Of a stretch of DNA of 64,000 nt, positions 60,380-64,000 are shown in pieces. This DNA comes from Ferruginibacter sp. (lineage in GTDB: Bacteria; Bacteroidota; Bacteroidia; Chitinophagales; Chitinophagaceae): the NCBI GenBank assembly GCA_043732685.1, contig JAYTHI010000171.1, forward strand, positions 6,988 to 70,987, in the 5' to 3' direction. A program made the translations under genes and the position numbers. Numbering within the stretch: position 1 is the first letter of the stretch; every line of letters starts with the position of its first letter. The notes beneath the pieces are model-generated. The model was not told where the DNA came from, searched no databases, and saw nothing but the letters and a program-made list of their open reading frames with translations.

Positions 60380-60815
60380 CCAAAGCAGCGCCGTTTTTTA
60401 TTAGTAGCATTATTAAGTTGATACATCCGCTTGCTATTGGCTGTGAGCGTGCCAGATGTTGACGGATTATTGGTACCGTTATCGTTTATATACACAGGTG
60501 CATTTGCAGGAGCAGGTACCATCTCACTATCGGCGATTGTGTAATATTTTTGTTCCTGTATCAGTGCATATGATACCAGGGTAGTAATTGGGTAATGATG
60601 AATCTGCTGCTCCTCCACTAGCTCCATCCGTACATTGCCTAAATGGTCTTTTAAGAAATAATCATACACAAAATTGGTGGGTAAGCTTGGCATTTGCGCA
60701 ATGGCATATACCGCCCTTATCCTACCTTTTTCCATGCCACCAAATTGCAGCCTGTTGGCATAGTCGGGAGTATTGGGATTATTGTTTAATTTGGAGGCAC
60801 ACAGGAAGTTATTCG
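60380..60815 (-). pseudogene. Internal fragment of an RHS-repeat protein
   Basis: Frame reads SKLNNNPNTPDYANRLQFGGMEKGRIR...FVYDYFLKDHLGNVRMELVEEQQ...YINDNG.NNP...NSKRMYQLN; lacks the N-terminus, the terminal RHS core and a toxin tip. Confidence 0.85.
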
Positions 60816-60961
60816 GTATTAATCACAGGAGATTTGTTTACTACCATTATACTATTACTTGCTGCGACCGTTTGTAAAAAAACACAATAGCAGGTAATTT
60901 ACGATACAACTTTATTAGATGGGCCTAAACCAACAACGGTAAAATTGAAAGAAATAAACAA

Positions 60962-61248
60962 ATGAGCCAGGATGAACTGCCCAAAAACTTAAACGTACAT
61001 GGTGCCATTATAGGCTACCATGAACGCTGGGAATTAAAACCTTCTATTGAAATGGCTGCAGCCATGGACGAAGCACTGGAAATATCCCTGGATTATTTAG
61101 TCGGTAGTTCTGGACTGCTAATGGAAAATATGTAGTCAATAAAATTCTTGATATTCAAAAACTTAATACCGAAGATAAAGGGCATGTATTTGCTATACTC
61201 GACGCTTTTCTGCAATCTCAAAAAGCTAAAAAAGTGTTTGCTTCGTAA
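60962..61248 (+). pseudogene. XRE-family HTH transcriptional regulator, frameshifted
   Basis: MSQDELPKNLNVHGAIIGYHERWELKPSIEMAAAMDEALEISLDYLVGS stops at TAG 61133-61135; another frame continues VVNKILDIQKLNTEDKGHVFAILDAFLQSQKAKKVFAS* to 61248. Confidence 0.85.
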
Positions 61249-61284
61249 AATGATAAAGCCGCAGCTATTTATTTCTTAACTGTT

Positions 61285-61368
61285 ATTAGGCTCAGGGGTT
61301 GCCAGCTTAGTAACGGCAAGGAACAGAAAACCTAACGCACAAAACCAACGCCGCATTCTGCGCTTAGT
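61285..61368 (+). ncRNA. Degenerate type I hammerhead-ribozyme-like sequence
   Basis: Stem I ATTAGG/CTTAGT, core CTCAGGG (consensus CUGANGA), stem II TTGCC/GGCAA, GGAA (consensus C-GAAA), stem III CAGAA/TTCTG, cleavage-site position CG (consensus UH). Topology is correct but the core is mutated. Confidence 0.45.
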
Positions 61369-61439
61369 GTAGACCCACGGCATAACCTGCGCCAGTGGGG
61401 AGATGGATTAATTTTGCCTCTGTAACACCCTGCTAGCTT

Positions 61440-61462
61440 GTGGATGGTGGGACACCATCCAC
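61440..61462. repeat. Short perfect hairpin (REP-like)
   Basis: GTGGATGGTG-GGA-CACCATCCAC: 10-bp stem, 3-nt loop, no T tract. Confidence 0.6.
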
Positions 61463-61721
61463 GGCGGCGAAAATACTTCCCCTATTAACTCCAAAAAAAG
61501 CCAATTATGGAAAATATTTAATGAGATATTTATTTGATCTGGGAAAGGTTATTTAAAATTCGGATTAAGATTATGGACAAAATACTGATGACCTCCTTCA
61601 ATTTTGCAGGCAACCTTATTGATGACCAGGCTCAAAAAATAACTAACTATTTATTATCATTTAAAAAAGATAAAAATTACCAAATACCCATTTAATGGCC
61701 CCCAACCACAGCCTAGAATTT

Positions 61722-62453
61722 TTACCCAACCACCAATTTCCCGCCTTCATACACACACAATACATTGGCGCCATCTTCGGTTAGGCAATAGCGGATGTCT
61801 TTTTCGAGTCCGTAGTTTGAAAGCCGCAGATAATGGGAGGCGTTTTTATCTTTTAAAAATTGAAAGAGATCCGGTTTGGCTTCGAGGTACATCGATTCTG
61901 CCAATTGAGATGCATCGCAATTCATATCAAAATGTTCTTTGATCCTGTTGATTATTGCACCGGCAAAAAGTGTGTCTTCAATATTAACCTTATCATTCCA
62001 GGCGGCACAGCCAAGGAGTACCGGTAATTTTTGTTCGACCAAATAATTACAGACAGCAGTTAAATTAGGGAAACTACCGGTGATGATTTTTTTGGCCCCT
62101 TTTTCCAATGCCATATGTAACAATTTGGTACCGTTGGTAGTTGTAAGCACCAGGGTTTTACCTTTTATAAATTCGCGTGGATACTCAAACGGAGAATTGC
62201 CGTAAGATAACCCTTCGGCCACTCTGCCATCTCTTTCACCGGCTGTAATGCCTTCAATTTGTTTGCCGATCCTTATACATTCGGCCACACTATCAACAGG
62301 AATAATACATTTTGCACCATTGTGCAACACAGTGGCAATGGTAGAGGTAGCGCGCAATACGTCAATTATTACAACAATACTATTGGTTACATTATACAAT
62401 TGCAAAAGAACGGGAGACAGGGAAGTATATAAGGAAGGTCTGTATGAATTCAT
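61722..62453 (-). CDS. comB: 2-phosphosulfolactate phosphatase family protein
   Basis: VVIIDVLRATST, AGERDG, GNSP, LTTTNGT, EDTLFAG. Confidence 0.95.
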   Translation of the reverse strand: MNSYRPSLYTSLSPVLLQLYNVTNSIVVIIDVLRATSTIATVLHNGAKCIIPVDSVAECIRIGKQIEGITAGERDGRVAEGLSYGNSPFEYPREFIKGKTLVLTTTNGTKLLHMALEKGAKKIITGSFPNLTAVCNYLVEQKLPVLLGCAAWNDKVNIEDTLFAGAIINRIKEHFDMNCDASQLAESMYLEAKPDLFQFLKDKNASHYLRLSNYGLEKDIRYCLTEDGANVLCVYEGGKLVVG

Positions 62454-62462
62454 ATTAAAAAG

Positions 62463-62936
62463 TTAGTTTAATATCGCCTTCCACTTAGTAGATTCGGCAT
62501 ATTCTTTTAGTAGATTATTTCTTTTAATGAGCAGTTTGGTCATGTATTTTGTAAGAAGTATTTTATTAATAAATATTCCTACAATACCATAAGGACTTTC
62601 AAAATCCACCACATCAATCATGATGGTTCCGTTGGTTACCTGTTTAAAATGATGCGCATGGGTAAAGCTTTTAAAATCACCTTTTATCATTTCATCTATA
62701 AAGGATTCCGGCGATTTCATCACCACAATTTTGGTACAAAATATCCTTGTCTTAAATAAATGTTTCGCTTGCCAGGTAACGGTTTCACCTTCATTAATTA
62801 AGCCTGAAGTTACACCTGCAATGGCCTTCTCTTTATTTAAGCCCATAGTTAGTTTATGCAAACTTATACTTCGCGATAAATCGAATACCCGCTTTACAGG
62901 GGCTTCCATAAAAGTGGTTAAATGAATATGTGGCAT
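62463..62936 (-). CDS. SRPBCC family protein
   Basis: APVKRVFDLSRSISLH, GETVTW.AKHLF, FIDEM.KG.F..F.H.H.F, M.D.VDFESPYG; start placed at MPHIH (62936). Confidence 0.88.
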   Translation of the reverse strand: MPHIHLTTFMEAPVKRVFDLSRSISLHKLTMGLNKEKAIAGVTSGLINEGETVTWQAKHLFKTRIFCTKIVVMKSPESFIDEMIKGDFKSFTHAHHFKQVTNGTIMIDVVDFESPYGIVGIFINKILLTKYMTKLLIKRNNLLKEYAESTKWKAILN

Positions 62937-63012
62937 TGTAAACATTAAAGCAATTTTATTAAATATTGGTTGCCCAATATAAAAACCTTTAAAAGGAGAA
63001 GCAAAAAACTTA

Positions 63013-64000
63013 TCAGGCAAAAGGCATTTTTACAACTTTTGCTTTTAGTAAAGTATTGCGAATACTGATATAGATTTCTGATCCAATTTTAGCATAATTA
63101 ATATTCACATACCCAATACCAATTGCCTTGCCCAGACTTGGCGATTGGGTACCAGAAGTTACCCTGCCAATTACACCACCTTCAAAATCTTTAATGAGGT
63201 AATCGTGGCGCGCAATGCCTTTTTCACACATTTCAAATCCTACTAATTGTTGCGTAACGCCAACCATTTTTTGTTTTTCAAAAATGGCCTTGCTGGTAAA
63301 ATCTTTTGTAAATTTTGTTATCCAGCCCAGGCCTGCCTCCAATGGAGAGGTGGTATCATCAATATCATTTCCGTATAAACAAAATCCCATTTCTAATCTT
63401 AAGGTATCTCTTGCGCCAAGTCCAATAGGTTTTATGCCTTGTGCCGCTCCCGCTTTAAAAATGGCTTCCCATATTTTATCTGCCGCACCATCGGTATCCT
63501 CAAAATATATTTCCACTCCACCGGCACCAGTATAACCGGTAGCACTTATTAATACATTTTTCACTCCCGCAAATGTTCCGCGAACAAAGGTGTAATATTT
63601 TAAATTAAGGATATCTTCCGACGTTAAACTTTGTAAAATTTTACTGGCATTAGGGCCTTGTATGGCAAGCAGACAAGTATTATCTGAGATATTGTGCATC
63701 TCTACATTGTTCCCGTTGTGTTCACTTATCCACTCCCAATCTTTTTCTATATTACTTGCATTTACTACCAACATGTAGCTTTTATTTTCTTCCAGGCAAT
63801 ACACTAACAAATCATCTACAATACCGCCGGTTTTATTTGGCAAGCAACTGTATTGGGCTTTACCGGCAGTTAATTTACTGGCATCATTACTGGTTACTCT
63901 TTGTATAAGATCCAGTGCCTGATCGCCTTTTAAAATAAATTCTCCCATGTGGCTTACATCAAAAACACCGGCATTATTGCGCACCGCAGCATGTTCATCA
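63013..64000 (-). CDS. gcvT: Glycine cleavage system aminomethyltransferase T, 5' end outside the window
   Basis: [50 protein letters not shown]. Confidence 0.98.
   Translation of the reverse strand, partial: DEHAAVRNNAGVFDVSHMGEFILKGDQALDLIQRVTSNDASKLTAGKAQYSCLPNKTGGIVDDLLVYCLEENKSYMLVVNASNIEKDWEWISEHNGNNVEMHNISDNTCLLAIQGPNASKILQSLTSEDILNLKYYTFVRGTFAGVKNVLISATGYTGAGGVEIYFEDTDGAADKIWEAIFKAGAAQGIKPIGLGARDTLRLEMGFCLYGNDIDDTTSPLEAGLGWITKFTKDFTSKAIFEKQKMVGVTQQLVGFEMCEKGIARHDYLIKDFEGGVIGRVTSGTQSPSLGKAIGIGYVNINYAKIGSEIYISIRNTLLKAKVVKMPFA

Noticed and set aside
60588-60890. 100-aa plus-strand ORF
   Set aside because: It has no real start (ORF track only), overlaps the RHS remnant antisense, and shows no motif.
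61500-61695. Short ORF MDKILMTSF...YQIPI (40 aa) with in-frame stops upstream
   Set aside because: It may be another decayed gene, but I recognise no family and the start context is weak.

Overview
AT-rich chromosomal window from a Bacteroidota bacterium; gene content and order suggest Chitinophagaceae (inference). It is mostly core genome: comEC (cut by the left edge), carB, M23 peptidase, bcp, birA, the rsfS-ftsH-LUD-lpxH cluster, mscS, several secreted peptidases, a ~16 kb minus-strand respiratory supercluster (alternative complex III actA-F followed by an A-type heme-copper oxidase with cyoE, SCO and DUF420), purN, a fused E1 alpha/beta 2-oxoacid dehydrogenase, an M16 peptidase pair, mqnC, a SWIM/SNF2 helicase, comB and gcvT (cut by the right edge). 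The unexplained signal is in the intergenic and accessory parts: (1) four REP-like hairpins sharing one core, three of them inside a 172-bp tandem repeat (20.6-21.2 kb); (2) a ~517-bp element with 30-bp inverted ends enclosing a GC-rich multi-stem fold, plus a third end copy 1.8 kb away (44.2-46.5 kb); (3) a decayed BLUF photoreceptor-like gene and an unannotated 44-aa ORF (55.2-56.0 kb); (4) a decayed RHS / XRE-HTH islet with a sequence that folds like a hammerhead ribozyme with a mutated core (60.3-61.5 kb); (5) an orphan KilA-N gene and a subtilase with Glu at the catalytic Asp position. I found no rRNA, tRNA, CRISPR array or intact transposase/integrase. All family calls are from recognising motifs by eye; no database search was run.
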